Part shown: positions 38,338 through 48,266 of the stretch, one piece after another
How the letters are laid out: every line of letters starts with the position of its first letter
How positions within the stretch are numbered: position 1 is the stretch's first letter
Source of the DNA: Phycisphaerae bacterium
Lineage (GTDB): Bacteria > Planctomycetota > Phycisphaerae > UBA1845
Reading direction: 5' to 3'
Assembly (NCBI GenBank): GCA_028289375.1
Contig: JANQQK010000039.1
Coordinates: 80,842 to 144,841, forward strand
DNA length: 64,000 bases
Notes under the pieces: generated by a model
What the model was told of the DNA's origin: nothing
The model's input: the letters and a program-made list of their open reading frames with translations, nothing else
Databases searched by the model: none
Position numbers and translations under genes: made by a program

Positions 38338-41169
38338 TCAGCTCTTCTCGACCGCAGCCTCTTTCTTCACCGGCATCGCCATGATGCTGAACTGCCGTGT
38401 CGGCACGTAGTACTTACGGAACGCATCACGAACCTGCTCGGCGGTAAACGCGTCGAACGAGTCAAGCTCGGTCTTCTCCACGTCGAGCGACTCGCCGCGA
38501 TGGTCCATGTGCCTTAGCACGCTCCACCAGTAGGATGGCTCCAGCATGGCCGTGCTGAGATTCTCCTTGACCTGCTTCTTGGCGTTCTCCAACTCCTCCG
38601 CCGTCGGGCCACTCTTGGCAAACGCCGCGAAGGCAGCGTGCACTTCCTCAGCCACGCGATCGGCATTCTCCGGATCACAAGTCGACTGAGCCATGAACTG
38701 ACCTGAATCCCTGTAGATGCTCGAAGGCTGACTCCCCGCACGAATCGAGTAAACGATCGAAAGCTCTTCGCGGATGCGCTTGACCAACTTGCTTGACAGG
38801 ATGTTCGACGCCAATTGCAACGCGCGACGGTCATTCGTGTGCTTGGAATCGCAAATGATAAACCCGGCCATCGACATCGCCTGCGGGGTCATGGTATCAA
38901 CGTCGACCTTGCGGACGAGTGGTCCGGTCTCGCGTGAGAACCGCCGCAAGCTGTCGATGTTCTCTGCACGCCGCGGCCGATCCGGCAGCGAACCGATGTA
39001 CTTGGTGATCAACGGCATCACCGCGTCGTATTCCATATCACCGACCACCGCGACCTCAATCGGCGCACTGCAGATCTTTCGGAACCACGCCTGCGCAGTT
39101 TCGACATTCTGCCCGTTCACCTGATCCTTCGTCTGGAACGCAAGCCGCGGGTCACCACCGGAAACCACATCCAGCAGCTGCTCGACGGCCTTGAATCGCG
39201 GCATATGCTCACGCATTTCGATGCCCTGCATCTGCTGCAGCTTCCAGTTGTCAAAGGCCGACTGCTCGATCTTGCCGTCGGTGACCAGCGCGTGCACCAG
39301 TTGCAGGCCGGTTTCCAGATCCGCCGGGGAACCGCTCAATGAAAGTGTGAAGGCATCACCACTGCCGCCGCGTCCACTTCCGACATTGATGTTCTTGCCC
39401 GTCATCAGATCGCGAATGTTCGTCGACGACAAACGTGACGTCGCCGGGACATTCACAGCCAAACTCGCCACTTCCGTCACGCCCTGCGTTTCCGAAGTCT
39501 CTTCAATGCGACCACCCGCCATCGCGACGCTGACGAACACCGAGTCTTTCTTGTAATCCATGTAGCGATGGTGCACGCGGACGCCGTTCGACAGCCACGC
39601 GCTCGTGATCTTCAGATCTTCATCCATCGATTTCTCGACGACCTTGCCAGATTCGGGCATCTTCGCGAGCAGCGAGGTCGGTGCATCGGCCTCTTCGATC
39701 GGCTTGACCTTGCGTGCCCACGCAGAACGGGCTGCGGCAAGAACATCCTTGCGATCCGGAACGTCGACGTCCGGCTTATCCGGCATTGTCAAGATGTAGG
39801 CGAATGTCCCAGGCTCGAAGTGCTTTTTGAACGCAGCATTGACCTCTGCCACCGTGATGGAATCCAGCAGACCACGATAAAGATCAAGTTCCTGCTGTGC
39901 AGACAGCACAGGCTCGCGATCATTCACGCTCGACACGATCTCACGGATGATGCCGCGGGCATTCCGTGTCGGTTCCGTCTTCACGCCACGCTCAGCCGAT
40001 GCGATGATTTCCTTCTTGGCGAGGTCGAACTCTCGCTGCGTGAATCCATGCTCCCGGGCACGACTCACCTCGAGAATCAGCTCTTCCAGCATCGACATCC
40101 AGTCTTCGGTCTCGCCCGTGGCGCTGCCGCTTGTCAGCATCGCGTCGTTGAAGAAGTTTCCGACGCTCACGCCGGCTCCACGGAACGATGCCTCGCCCTT
40201 CTTGACCATGTCGTCGTAGCGACGTCCGGCGATCCACGTGCCGACGAATTCAACCATTTCCTGACGCGCGTCTTCCACCGCCACGGTCGGCGGGCGACCC
40301 GGTCGAATGTTCATGATCTGCACATTGCAGATTTCCATTTCCGGATCGGTTATGACCATCGCACGCTGCTTGGTGAACGGCTTGAACTCAGGCCCCTTCG
40401 GCTCACGTGCCTTCTTGGCGGCCTTTTCCTTACCGAACCACTTTTCAATCAATGGTGTCACGCGCTCTGCCGGTGTATCACCAACAACGACGACCGTGAT
40501 GTTCTCCGGACGGTACCACGTCTGGTAGTAGTCCATGAACTCCGAACGCGGAGCATTCTTGATCACTTCCTCCGTTCCAATCGGAAGACGCTGGGCAAAG
40601 CGCGCGCCGGCAAACAACTCAGGCCACAATTTCTCGCGAATGCGCTCCTGCGCGCTCCGACGTGACCGAAGCTCCTCGAGCACAATCCCGCGCTCCTTTT
40701 CAATCTCCTCTGCCGGCATCGTCACGCGGAAGGCATAGTCACTCAGCACCATCAGGGCTTTGTCAATTTGGCTCTTTTGTGTGTCCGGCGTGAACAACAT
40801 GTAGGCGGTCTGATCGAAGCTGGTAAACGCGTTCAGATCCGCCCCAAACTCCATGCCGATGCTCTCGAAGTAGGGAATGAGCGTTCCCGGCGGGAAGTTC
40901 TCTGTGCCATTAAAGCACATGTGCTCGAGGAAGTGCGCCAACCCCTGCTGGGCATCGGTCTCGTTCAAAGAACCGGTACGCACGTGCATCATCAACGCCA
41001 ACTTGCCAGGCGGATTGTCATGTTGGCGATACATCCACGTGACGCCGTTTTCCAACTTGCCTGTCTTGATTCGCGAGTCACTCGGCAGCGGCACCTTGGC
41101 CAACGTTTCAACCGCACCGCACATCATCAGTGCCAGCGTCAGGCACGACATCCAACATCTCTTGCTCAT
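38338..41169 (-). CDS. M16-family (insulinase/pitrilysin-like) zinc peptidase, two fused M16 units, secreted
   Basis: HxxEH zinc motif HFLEHMCFNGT. Signal peptide MSKRCWMSCLTLALMMCGAVETLA. About 940 aa, consistent with a tandem active/inactive M16 arrangement. ATG at 41169 preferred; GTG at 41181 is possible. Confidence 0.85.
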   Translation of the reverse strand: MSKRCWMSCLTLALMMCGAVETLAKVPLPSDSRIKTGKLENGVTWMYRQHDNPPGKLALMMHVRTGSLNETDAQQGLAHFLEHMCFNGTENFPPGTLIPYFESIGMEFGADLNAFTSFDQTAYMLFTPDTQKSQIDKALMVLSDYAFRVTMPAEEIEKERGIVLEELRSRRSAQERIREKLWPELFAGARFAQRLPIGTEEVIKNAPRSEFMDYYQTWYRPENITVVVVGDTPAERVTPLIEKWFGKEKAAKKAREPKGPEFKPFTKQRAMVITDPEMEICNVQIMNIRPGRPPTVAVEDARQEMVEFVGTWIAGRRYDDMVKKGEASFRGAGVSVGNFFNDAMLTSGSATGETEDWMSMLEELILEVSRAREHGFTQREFDLAKKEIIASAERGVKTEPTRNARGIIREIVSSVNDREPVLSAQQELDLYRGLLDSITVAEVNAAFKKHFEPGTFAYILTMPDKPDVDVPDRKDVLAAARSAWARKVKPIEEADAPTSLLAKMPESGKVVEKSMDEDLKITSAWLSNGVRVHHRYMDYKKDSVFVSVAMAGGRIEETSETQGVTEVASLAVNVPATSRLSSTNIRDLMTGKNINVGSGRGGSGDAFTLSLSGSPADLETGLQLVHALVTDGKIEQSAFDNWKLQQMQGIEMREHMPRFKAVEQLLDVVSGGDPRLAFQTKDQVNGQNVETAQAWFRKICSAPIEVAVVGDMEYDAVMPLITKYIGSLPDRPRRAENIDSLRRFSRETGPLVRKVDVDTMTPQAMSMAGFIICDSKHTNDRRALQLASNILSSKLVKRIREELSIVYSIRAGSQPSSIYRDSGQFMAQSTCDPENADRVAEEVHAAFAAFAKSGPTAEELENAKKQVKENLSTAMLEPSYWWSVLRHMDHRGESLDVEKTELDSFDAFTAEQVRDAFRKYYVPTRQFSIMAMPVKKEAAVEKS

Positions 41170-41311
41170 GGTTCCAAACACTCCGAAGGTAGGATCGGGA
41201 ATTTCAGGGCGAAGGATGCCCCGTGACCGTTTTGACTACAATCGTCAAGCGTAGCCCGTGGCCTGCGACGAATCAAAGGGGTGGCTGTATGGACTTGTAA
41301 GCAGCGACACG

Positions 41312-42592
41312 TCATTCTGCCCGTTTCGGCACCGTGACGCTGTCCGAACGCAACGTTGTCATCAGCATGCGTCGCGGGAGCGGTTTGCGGAGCGCCACCG
41401 GGGCCTGCGGATTGCCAAGCCACTGCACGCCCGCCATCCGCTGCCAGGTTCTGTTCGCCAAATTCGAATACGACGCGGTCAAGAGGCCCCCGGCGGGGAT
41501 CAACGTATCGGCGAGACGGGCGATCGTCAGCGATTCGCCCGGTTGGACCGTCTTCAGCTTGGCGAGGGAAAATCTTCCGGCATCGGCCACCGGCGGATTG
41601 GGCAGACTCAGCTCAACCGCATCGACGCCATCACCCACGAACCAATGCATGCCCGCGAAGGGTGCTTCCGCCATTCCCGCCACGATGTTCGTGTTGACCA
41701 CAATCGGCACGTCGTTGAGATTCGTGATCACCGCCTCGGTCGAATCGCCACGCCGCTTCAGCGACAGAGACGCCTCCCGCCACGAACGACGTACCACCTC
41801 AGGCGCCGAGGACGTGACCGATACCGCAAGCTCGTTGCTCTGCGCCCGCCCCACACCCGCGTCGATCAAATCCTGATCCGACCACTGTGGCTGATAGACC
41901 AGCCGAATTCGGTACGTGCCCTTTTGCAACATGCGATAACGCGCGCGATTGCGATTGAACGCCTCGACGTCGTATGTCACGCGCGCCCGCGGCGGAACAC
42001 GTGAATATACCTCGCCATCGACCCGTTGCTGAACAGCGGTGAGAAGGTCGACATCCTCGTTGATATCATCCGTGTGCAGATCGATGCGCGAACCGTCCGG
42101 ACCCGTCACCTGCAGAAAGTCGGCCAAGTCCAGCAAACCCGTCACCGCATCGATGCCGGCGCGATCCGATGCATCACGCAGCACCACCGGCACGCGCGAC
42201 GAAACATCGAGCTTGTTGTCCAGATGCATGTGCAGATCGAACGGCTCATCCCATGCCACCTTCGACTTCGACGCTTCGAGGCGAATGTCCAATCCACCAA
42301 AGTATGATTGATCGATGACGCGGATCAGCGCTTTCGCGCGGACGGCCGTCTCGTAGTCATCACCGCGACTGGCCATTTCAAGAACAGAAGTGGCGGACTT
42401 GCCGATCTTCAGAAGGGCAAGAGTTGCCGAGGAACGATCCTCGAACGATGCGGAACCCAGCTTCTCAACAAGCGCAATCAGCTGCTTGCGTTGATCGTCA
42501 GCCGCGTCTGATGTGGCGACATCCTGCGACCATGCCGTCATTGGCTGACAACCAATGACCACAACCATCAGCCACAACAATCTGACGATCAT
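41312..42592 (-). CDS. hypothetical lipoprotein (HEAT-like N-terminal segment plus beta-rich body)
   Basis: Lipobox LMVVVIGCQ. Last gene of the radical-SAM string, 9-nt gap to the gene upstream. No family recognised. Confidence 0.5.
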   Translation of the reverse strand: MIVRLLWLMVVVIGCQPMTAWSQDVATSDAADDQRKQLIALVEKLGSASFEDRSSATLALLKIGKSATSVLEMASRGDDYETAVRAKALIRVIDQSYFGGLDIRLEASKSKVAWDEPFDLHMHLDNKLDVSSRVPVVLRDASDRAGIDAVTGLLDLADFLQVTGPDGSRIDLHTDDINEDVDLLTAVQQRVDGEVYSRVPPRARVTYDVEAFNRNRARYRMLQKGTYRIRLVYQPQWSDQDLIDAGVGRAQSNELAVSVTSSAPEVVRRSWREASLSLKRRGDSTEAVITNLNDVPIVVNTNIVAGMAEAPFAGMHWFVGDGVDAVELSLPNPPVADAGRFSLAKLKTVQPGESLTIARLADTLIPAGGLLTASYSNLANRTWQRMAGVQWLGNPQAPVALRKPLPRRMLMTTLRSDSVTVPKRAE

Positions 42593-42601
42593 CCCAAGTC
42601 G

Positions 42602-43513
42602 CTATTCAACGCCGACAAACGACGCGATCCCGAGCGCGTTCGTCACCGCCGGCGTTTCGGTGGCAGAATTCACGAGGAAAGACCGAACATCCGCAACCAG
42701 TTCGTCGTCGGTCGACGGGCCTGCGAGGAATGGTCCAAGATCAATCGACGACGTACGCCCCAGCACGCGGAATTGATCCTTGCTCAGTTTCATTGGAATC
42801 AAGGTACCACCGCTCTCAGCGAAGCCATTGTAATCCGACTCGAGAATCACACCCGCCGGCGTCAGACCATGCACGATCTCCTTGGCCGACTCCATCGCAT
42901 TCAGGTGGTATTGCAGCGTCGCAACCGGAATCAACTCGCGCTGGATGTCATCAATCGAAACGCCCGCCTCATCCAACGCCGCCGCAGCGCCAAAATGCAG
43001 CACCGGATCGCCGCGAGGCCCGAACGAGAACCGATGGCCGGACACTTGTTCGATGCGTTCGATGTCGCTCTTCGCACTGGCCACGATCAATCCGACGTTG
43101 TCATTGGCTTGAGCACGCGCAATGACCCGACACCCCTCGACCTCACCGGTGACCTCGTCGTACTGATCGTCATCCAGCAGCGCGAAGTCCAGCCGACCGC
43201 TCTCAAGCTGCAACCCAACCTGAAACGGCTTTAGTTGTTCGACCTGAATCGGGCGATTCAGATGACGCCCCAACGCGCGGCGGAACTCGGTCCACGGCGT
43301 CCGCTCATCCAGATCCCACCATGCCCGAACATTCCAAAGCCGACTCGCGTCCCCCGTCACACCAATGCGAACCGGCTCCTTTTGCGGGGCAAACGAAGAC
43401 TCAAGCCCGAACGGGTTCCAGAACGTCTGCGAGAATTCATTCGCACGGCAGCCCAATGACGACATCACCAGGATGCACGACAGGCCGACTCCGACGCTAC
43501 GTTGTTGATTCAT
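42602..43513 (-). CDS. PhnD-like (phosphonate/phosphite-type) periplasmic substrate-binding lipoprotein
   Basis: ATG at 43513 gives the lipobox ILVMSSLGC. Pattern resembles the PhnD family (LESGRLDFALLDDDQY; GLIVASAKSDIERIEQVSGHRFSFG; HFGAAAALDEAGVSIDD). Similarity was judged by eye only. Confidence 0.5.
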   Translation of the reverse strand: MNQQRSVGVGLSCILVMSSLGCRANEFSQTFWNPFGLESSFAPQKEPVRIGVTGDASRLWNVRAWWDLDERTPWTEFRRALGRHLNRPIQVEQLKPFQVGLQLESGRLDFALLDDDQYDEVTGEVEGCRVIARAQANDNVGLIVASAKSDIERIEQVSGHRFSFGPRGDPVLHFGAAAALDEAGVSIDDIQRELIPVATLQYHLNAMESAKEIVHGLTPAGVILESDYNGFAESGGTLIPMKLSKDQFRVLGRTSSIDLGPFLAGPSTDDELVADVRSFLVNSATETPAVTNALGIASFVGVE

Positions 43514-43584
43514 GTCCGTTGTCCTTCCACTCAACGCCATTCGCCGAAGTATAGACTCGCCGCGCAACTGCCTCAACGAATTGA

Positions 43585-45420
43585 TCAGGCACTCAGCACC
43601 GGCAGCTCAAGACTTCCCGACGGATCAATCTGTCGGAACACATCTTCATACTGCTTGCGCAAGTAAGGAGTTGGCGGTCCGCCATTCAGGTGCGACCACG
43701 GCAGCACCTCGTCAGCCGCTCGCTCACGATGGGCGTAGAAGTTTATGTCCACGCCCTCCTGCTCGAACGCGCGCTGCCAAATCTCCGGCTTGAAATGCTC
43801 GTCCCAGCCATCCAGCCGCGCGCCCATCCGCCAAGCCGTTTCGATCACGCCGGACAATCGACGATCGCCCCGAGCGAACACCGCCTCCAGTTCCGACCTC
43901 TCGATGTTGTGCATGCGGATCTTCACGGCGCTGCGCCGTGACTTCGCCAGGTCACGCAATCGCATCCGAACATCCCAGAAATACTCAGGCTCCGGTTGAG
44001 CAGCCCATTGGAACGGCGTGTATGGTTTGGGCACCAGCCACCCGACCGAAGACGTCACCGACGCCGGCGAGCCCGAGATCGGACGCCGAGCCTCACTGAC
44101 CTCCCGGCTCAGATCAAAAATCCCCTCGATGTCGTCAGGCCGCTCGCCGGGGAACCCCGTCATGAAGTAAAGCTTTACACTCTTCCAGCCCGCCTCATAC
44201 GCCGCCCGAACGCCATCAAGCAGATGCCCATCGGTGACTTTCTTGCGAATCGCCCGACGCATGTCGTCGTTGGCCGCCTCCACCGCAATCGTCAACCCAC
44301 CCTTGCGAACGCCCGACACCATGCTCGGAATGTGTGCCAGCATCTTGTCGACCCGCAGCGACGGAACCGAGATGTTCACACCACGGGGATGAAATCGCTC
44401 AGACACACGCTGGGCCAGCTCGCGAAGCTGCGGATAGTCAGCCGTCGAGAGCGACAGCAACCCGAGCTCATTGATCCCCGTCGTCCGCCACATCGACTCG
44501 GCGATTTCCAGAATCTGATCCACGCTCCGCAAACCCAAGGGACGCTTTGTGTAACCGGCATGGCAGAATCGGCAGCGCTGTGGACAACCGCGCATGATTT
44601 CCACAGCGATGCGGTCGTGGATGACATCCGGAAACGGCACCAGCGGTCTCAAGGGAAATGGTGCGTTCTCAAAATCCATCGTCTTGCAGCGATGGATCAG
44701 CGGCGAAGCCGTGCTCGATTTCGGGGCGATCTCCCGAACGGTTCCGTCAACGTGGTAGTGGACATCGTAGAGTCCAGGTGCATAGATCCAGTCGTAACGC
44801 TTGGCGAACTCCTCGATCATGTCGCGACGACGCATGCCCGACGCCTTTAACTCCTTGTAAGTGCGGAGGATAGACGCCATCGAATCCTCGCCGTCGCCGA
44901 GAACCACGAGGTCCACGAAGTCGGCCACCGGTTCGGGATTGTCCGCCTGCGGCCCACCCACGATGACCAGCGGATGCGTGTCGTCGCGATGCTCGCGGCG
45001 GAACGGGATGCCCGCGAGATCCATCATCGTCAGCACACTCGTGAAGACCATCTCGTACTGCAGGGAAATCGCGAGGATGTCGCAATCCGCCACCGGCTGT
45101 CGCGTGTCCCATGTGAAAAGCGGGATGTTCCGGTCCCTCATGCGCTGCTCGGCGTCAAGTTCCGGGCAATACGTTCGTTCTGCACAGACACCCGGCGTGT
45201 GGTTGCACAGCCAATAGAGAATCTGACAACCGAGGTGGCTCATCCCAAGGGCGTACGTGTCGGGAAAGGCAATCACGACGCGTGCGTCGGCCTTTCCCCA
45301 GTCCCCCTCCTTTGCCAGACCGTTAATCTCCTTGCCGATGTACTGGCTTGGTTTGCGAACGAACGGCAGGAGTTCATGACTGACCCTGTCTGCGAGTGGC
45401 ATGATGTTGGGCGCGATCAC
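43585..45420 (-). CDS. B12-binding-domain radical SAM protein (TIGR03960-like, function unknown)
   Basis: CxxxCxxC motif RGCPQRCRFCHAGY (nt 44551-44595). N-terminal B12-binding-like region VVIAFPDTYALGMSHLGCQILY. About 610 aa. Confidence 0.85.
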   Translation of the reverse strand: MIAPNIMPLADRVSHELLPFVRKPSQYIGKEINGLAKEGDWGKADARVVIAFPDTYALGMSHLGCQILYWLCNHTPGVCAERTYCPELDAEQRMRDRNIPLFTWDTRQPVADCDILAISLQYEMVFTSVLTMMDLAGIPFRREHRDDTHPLVIVGGPQADNPEPVADFVDLVVLGDGEDSMASILRTYKELKASGMRRRDMIEEFAKRYDWIYAPGLYDVHYHVDGTVREIAPKSSTASPLIHRCKTMDFENAPFPLRPLVPFPDVIHDRIAVEIMRGCPQRCRFCHAGYTKRPLGLRSVDQILEIAESMWRTTGINELGLLSLSTADYPQLRELAQRVSERFHPRGVNISVPSLRVDKMLAHIPSMVSGVRKGGLTIAVEAANDDMRRAIRKKVTDGHLLDGVRAAYEAGWKSVKLYFMTGFPGERPDDIEGIFDLSREVSEARRPISGSPASVTSSVGWLVPKPYTPFQWAAQPEPEYFWDVRMRLRDLAKSRRSAVKIRMHNIERSELEAVFARGDRRLSGVIETAWRMGARLDGWDEHFKPEIWQRAFEQEGVDINFYAHRERAADEVLPWSHLNGGPPTPYLRKQYEDVFRQIDPSGSLELPVLSA

Positions 45421-45610
45421 GGTGACTTACCGCCTTCTTGCTTCGGGAATCTCTTTGAACCGGCCATGTGTGCTGGCGTGGCCGCATTATACCCGGCCAC
45501 GATGTCGTTGACAGTTCCCAAATCGTGCACTGGGATTCCCGGTCAACCGCAAACCTCGCAAGGGTTGCCACCGCGATCGTGAAAGTCGCACTTCACGCAG
45601 CATATGAGAA

Positions 45611-45639
45611 TTGCATGCGATTTGGCGGCTCGGTACAAT
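45611..45639 (+). promoter_or_regulatory. candidate sigma70-type promoter
   Basis: TTGCAT (45611-45616), 17-nt spacer, TACAAT (45634-45639). Lies 22 nt upstream of the ATG at 45661. Confidence 0.35.
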
Positions 45640-45660
45640 TCCGCCTTGAGGCGTGTGGTC

Positions 45661-46554
45661 ATGCAGCGATTCCTCCCGGCAACATCTCGGCGGCGTCGAT
45701 TCGAAGTGCAGCACCCCTGTGCGCTCCGAGGCTTCAGCTTGGCTGAGTTGCTCGTTGTGGTGGCGGTGATCGGCATGCTGATCACGATCCTGCTTCCGTC
45801 TCTCCGACGGTCGATGCAGCACGCGTCGACGACCATCTGCATGCACCAGCTTCATGAACTCGATCAGGCGATGACGGCTTATCGCTTTGACAACGTCGGA
45901 TCGGTGCCGTGTACGGACGCGGCCCGCTCAACGCCCGACGCTCATCCGGAAGATGATTCCTGGTTTGGAAAGCTCTTTCCCAGGTACATGCAGGAGTTGT
46001 CGGTACTGCGTTGCCCATCCGATCCGTATCCTTGGTCGCAGTCAGCGCTGGAAAGCCCACTCGCGGAACAGACCGATCCGTCGAATGCGTCCAGTTACGG
46101 CATGAACGAGTTGCTGCGGATGGCGGGCATGTGCAATGTCGAGCGTTTCGCCCCGCGACATCCGTCCGAGACGATTCTGCTGGCCGACATGGGACCGGAT
46201 CAGGTTCTCGGTGATGTCGGTGGACGTTTTCAGCCGGTGCCTGCGCGCGAAGGCGGTCGGTTGCGCTGGGACGACAATTACCATCCGGGGACGTCCGGGC
46301 TTCAGCAATCGTGGCTGACGCAGCGGCATCTGGGTTCGATCAACGTGCTGACTGTCGGAAGCGTGGTCAAGACAGTGCCGACGCGTGACATCATGCGGGA
46401 GCGCATCCGGAGCTACTACGGTAACTGCGCGGCAGGTGGCTGCCCATTGTGCACGGACCTTTCGCTTGCGCACTACTCGTTCGCCAACGACCGCATTTTC
46501 TGGTGGACCGGCTCATTCCCGAATGCGGGCGACATGCACGCATCGCATCCATGA
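45661..46554 (+). CDS. pilin-like protein with prepilin N-terminal methylation motif (DUF1559-like)
   Basis: ATG at 45661. RGFSLAELLVVVAVIGMLITILLPSLRRS. C-terminal INVLTVGSVVKTV resembles the DUF1559 NVLFxDGSV motif. Confidence 0.7.
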   Translation: MQRFLPATSRRRRFEVQHPCALRGFSLAELLVVVAVIGMLITILLPSLRRSMQHASTTICMHQLHELDQAMTAYRFDNVGSVPCTDAARSTPDAHPEDDSWFGKLFPRYMQELSVLRCPSDPYPWSQSALESPLAEQTDPSNASSYGMNELLRMAGMCNVERFAPRHPSETILLADMGPDQVLGDVGGRFQPVPAREGGRLRWDDNYHPGTSGLQQSWLTQRHLGSINVLTVGSVVKTVPTRDIMRERIRSYYGNCAAGGCPLCTDLSLAHYSFANDRIFWWTGSFPNAGDMHASHP

Positions 46555-47024
46555 TGTCCTCGCCCACGACATCTGATCCCTTTGACAACGAGTCGTTCGA
46601 ACGCGGAATCACGCCCACGCAGTGGTACAGCCTCATTGCGGCCTTGGCGGTATCGGTTGCGCTGGTCCTGATATGGTGGGCGTCGCAGGCCGCCCCACCG
46701 ACGGTGGCTGTGCAGCGTCAGATCCACGACCTCGAATCACGGTGGCGATGTACCAACGGGCATGTCTTTCAAGCTGCGGGATCGGTACTCCCGCGCAAGT
46801 GCAAGACCTGCACGGCGACGGCGGATCTCGAAGTCTCCTACACGTGCACGGTCCATGGGGTTCGGGACGTGCTGGTTCGCCTCGAACAGGAGGATTTTCG
46901 GGAGCGGATCACGCACGTGAGCGTGCATCCCGGCATCTGGCAACAGATGACCAAATCGGTGCACTGCCCGAAATGCGGGCGTGCGATGACACCTTCGTCA
47001 CTCAATCCATTTGAGGATCGTTGA
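46551..47024 (+). CDS. hypothetical single-pass membrane protein with two zinc-ribbon-like knuckle pairs
   Basis: The ATG at 46551 overlaps the pseudopilin stop (ATGA). TM helix WYSLIAALAVSVALVLIWWA. Cys/His pairs RCTNGH...KCKTC and TCTVHG...HCPKCG. Confidence 0.5.
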   Translation: MMSSPTTSDPFDNESFERGITPTQWYSLIAALAVSVALVLIWWASQAAPPTVAVQRQIHDLESRWRCTNGHVFQAAGSVLPRKCKTCTATADLEVSYTCTVHGVRDVLVRLEQEDFRERITHVSVHPGIWQQMTKSVHCPKCGRAMTPSSLNPFEDR

Positions 47025-47051
47025 CCACCGCGGTCTGATGCACGATCCCGG

Positions 47052-48125
47052 TTATTCCAGTTCTTTTGGCATCCGGAAATCGGCTACGAAGACGTGACTT
47101 TTGCCTTCCGGTCCACGTTGAGATGTCCACATCATTTTGCGTCCATCGTTGCTGAAGACGGGCAGTCCATCGAACCGCGCGGAGTTGGTCGCCCGCATGA
47201 GTTTGCCCGTCTCAATGTTCATGAGATAGACCTCGTAGTTGTGGTGTCCCTGCAGCGATGTGGTAAACGCGATGACCTTGCCATTGGGATGCCAATAGGG
47301 AGCCCAGTTGACCGCATCATTGCTGGTGAGTTGCTTCTCGCCGGTGCCGTCGATGTTGACGACGTAGATCTGCAGATAGTCCTTCTTCTGCCGATCGGCG
47401 CGGAAGATGATGCGCTTTCCTTCAGGCGAAATGAAGGGGCCGCCGTTGTAGCAGTCCTTTGTCTTGGTCACCTGGCGAACATCACTACCGTCGGCCTTCA
47501 TGGTGTAGAGGTTCATGTGTCCGTCGCGATTGCTGGCGAAGGCGATCATCGAGCCGTCGCGGGAGAACGCCCCCTCTGCGTCGTAGCCCAGCGTGCTCGT
47601 AAGCGGCGTTAATCCGCTTCCGTCGACGTTGGCACGGTAAATATCCATGTAGGGGTTGAAGTCCCATGAGTAGGTACCACCCTCGCGCTTGTAGCCGGGA
47701 ATGGGAACTTCAAAGCTCGGGTCCTCGATGCGTGGATCGGTGTGGCTTGACGCGAAAATGATGCTCTTGTTGCTCGGGTGATAATAAGCACACGTGCACG
47801 CGCCTTTCCCGGTGCTGACCATCTTTGGCGTGCCGCCTGACGTCGGGATGGTGTAAATCTGGTAGTGCTCGTCGCCGGTGGGAACAGCCTGAAAAATGAC
47901 CGCTTTGGCGTCGGGCGAGAAGTAGGCTTCCCCCGCCTTGACAAGGCCCATCTCCGAGTTGGTCAGTTGGCGGATGTTTGTGAGGATCGGTGCCTCCGCT
48001 TCGTTTGCGCGAACGTCGACCGTCGCTGACACGGCGACGAGTGCGAGCGCGACGACGAGGGGGGCTTGACTCTTTCTGGTGGCAGTCACGATTGGGTGCT
48101 CCGTTTGGTGTTTCGTGTGTTGCAT
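47052..48125 (-). CDS. TolB-like PD40/WD40-like beta-propeller protein, secreted
   Basis: Signal peptide APLVVALALVAVSATVDVRA. Repeated PD40 units FSPDAKAVIFQA, FSRDGSMIAFASNRDG, ISPEGKRIIFRADR, WHPNGKVIAFTT, FSNDGRKMMWTSQR. Confidence 0.75.
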   Translation of the reverse strand: MQHTKHQTEHPIVTATRKSQAPLVVALALVAVSATVDVRANEAEAPILTNIRQLTNSEMGLVKAGEAYFSPDAKAVIFQAVPTGDEHYQIYTIPTSGGTPKMVSTGKGACTCAYYHPSNKSIIFASSHTDPRIEDPSFEVPIPGYKREGGTYSWDFNPYMDIYRANVDGSGLTPLTSTLGYDAEGAFSRDGSMIAFASNRDGHMNLYTMKADGSDVRQVTKTKDCYNGGPFISPEGKRIIFRADRQKKDYLQIYVVNIDGTGEKQLTSNDAVNWAPYWHPNGKVIAFTTSLQGHHNYEVYLMNIETGKLMRATNSARFDGLPVFSNDGRKMMWTSQRGPEGKSHVFVADFRMPKELE

Positions 48126-48266
48126 GCAGTCCGATAACGTATCTCGACGCGACGCGCGGGGCAACCGGCACACGGCTTCGAGCGGGTGGTTCCGATAATC
48201 AGTACGGTTCGCCCCATCGGCGGGTGCTTTTCCACTTCCGATATTCCCTGTCTGGTGCGTTCAGCG

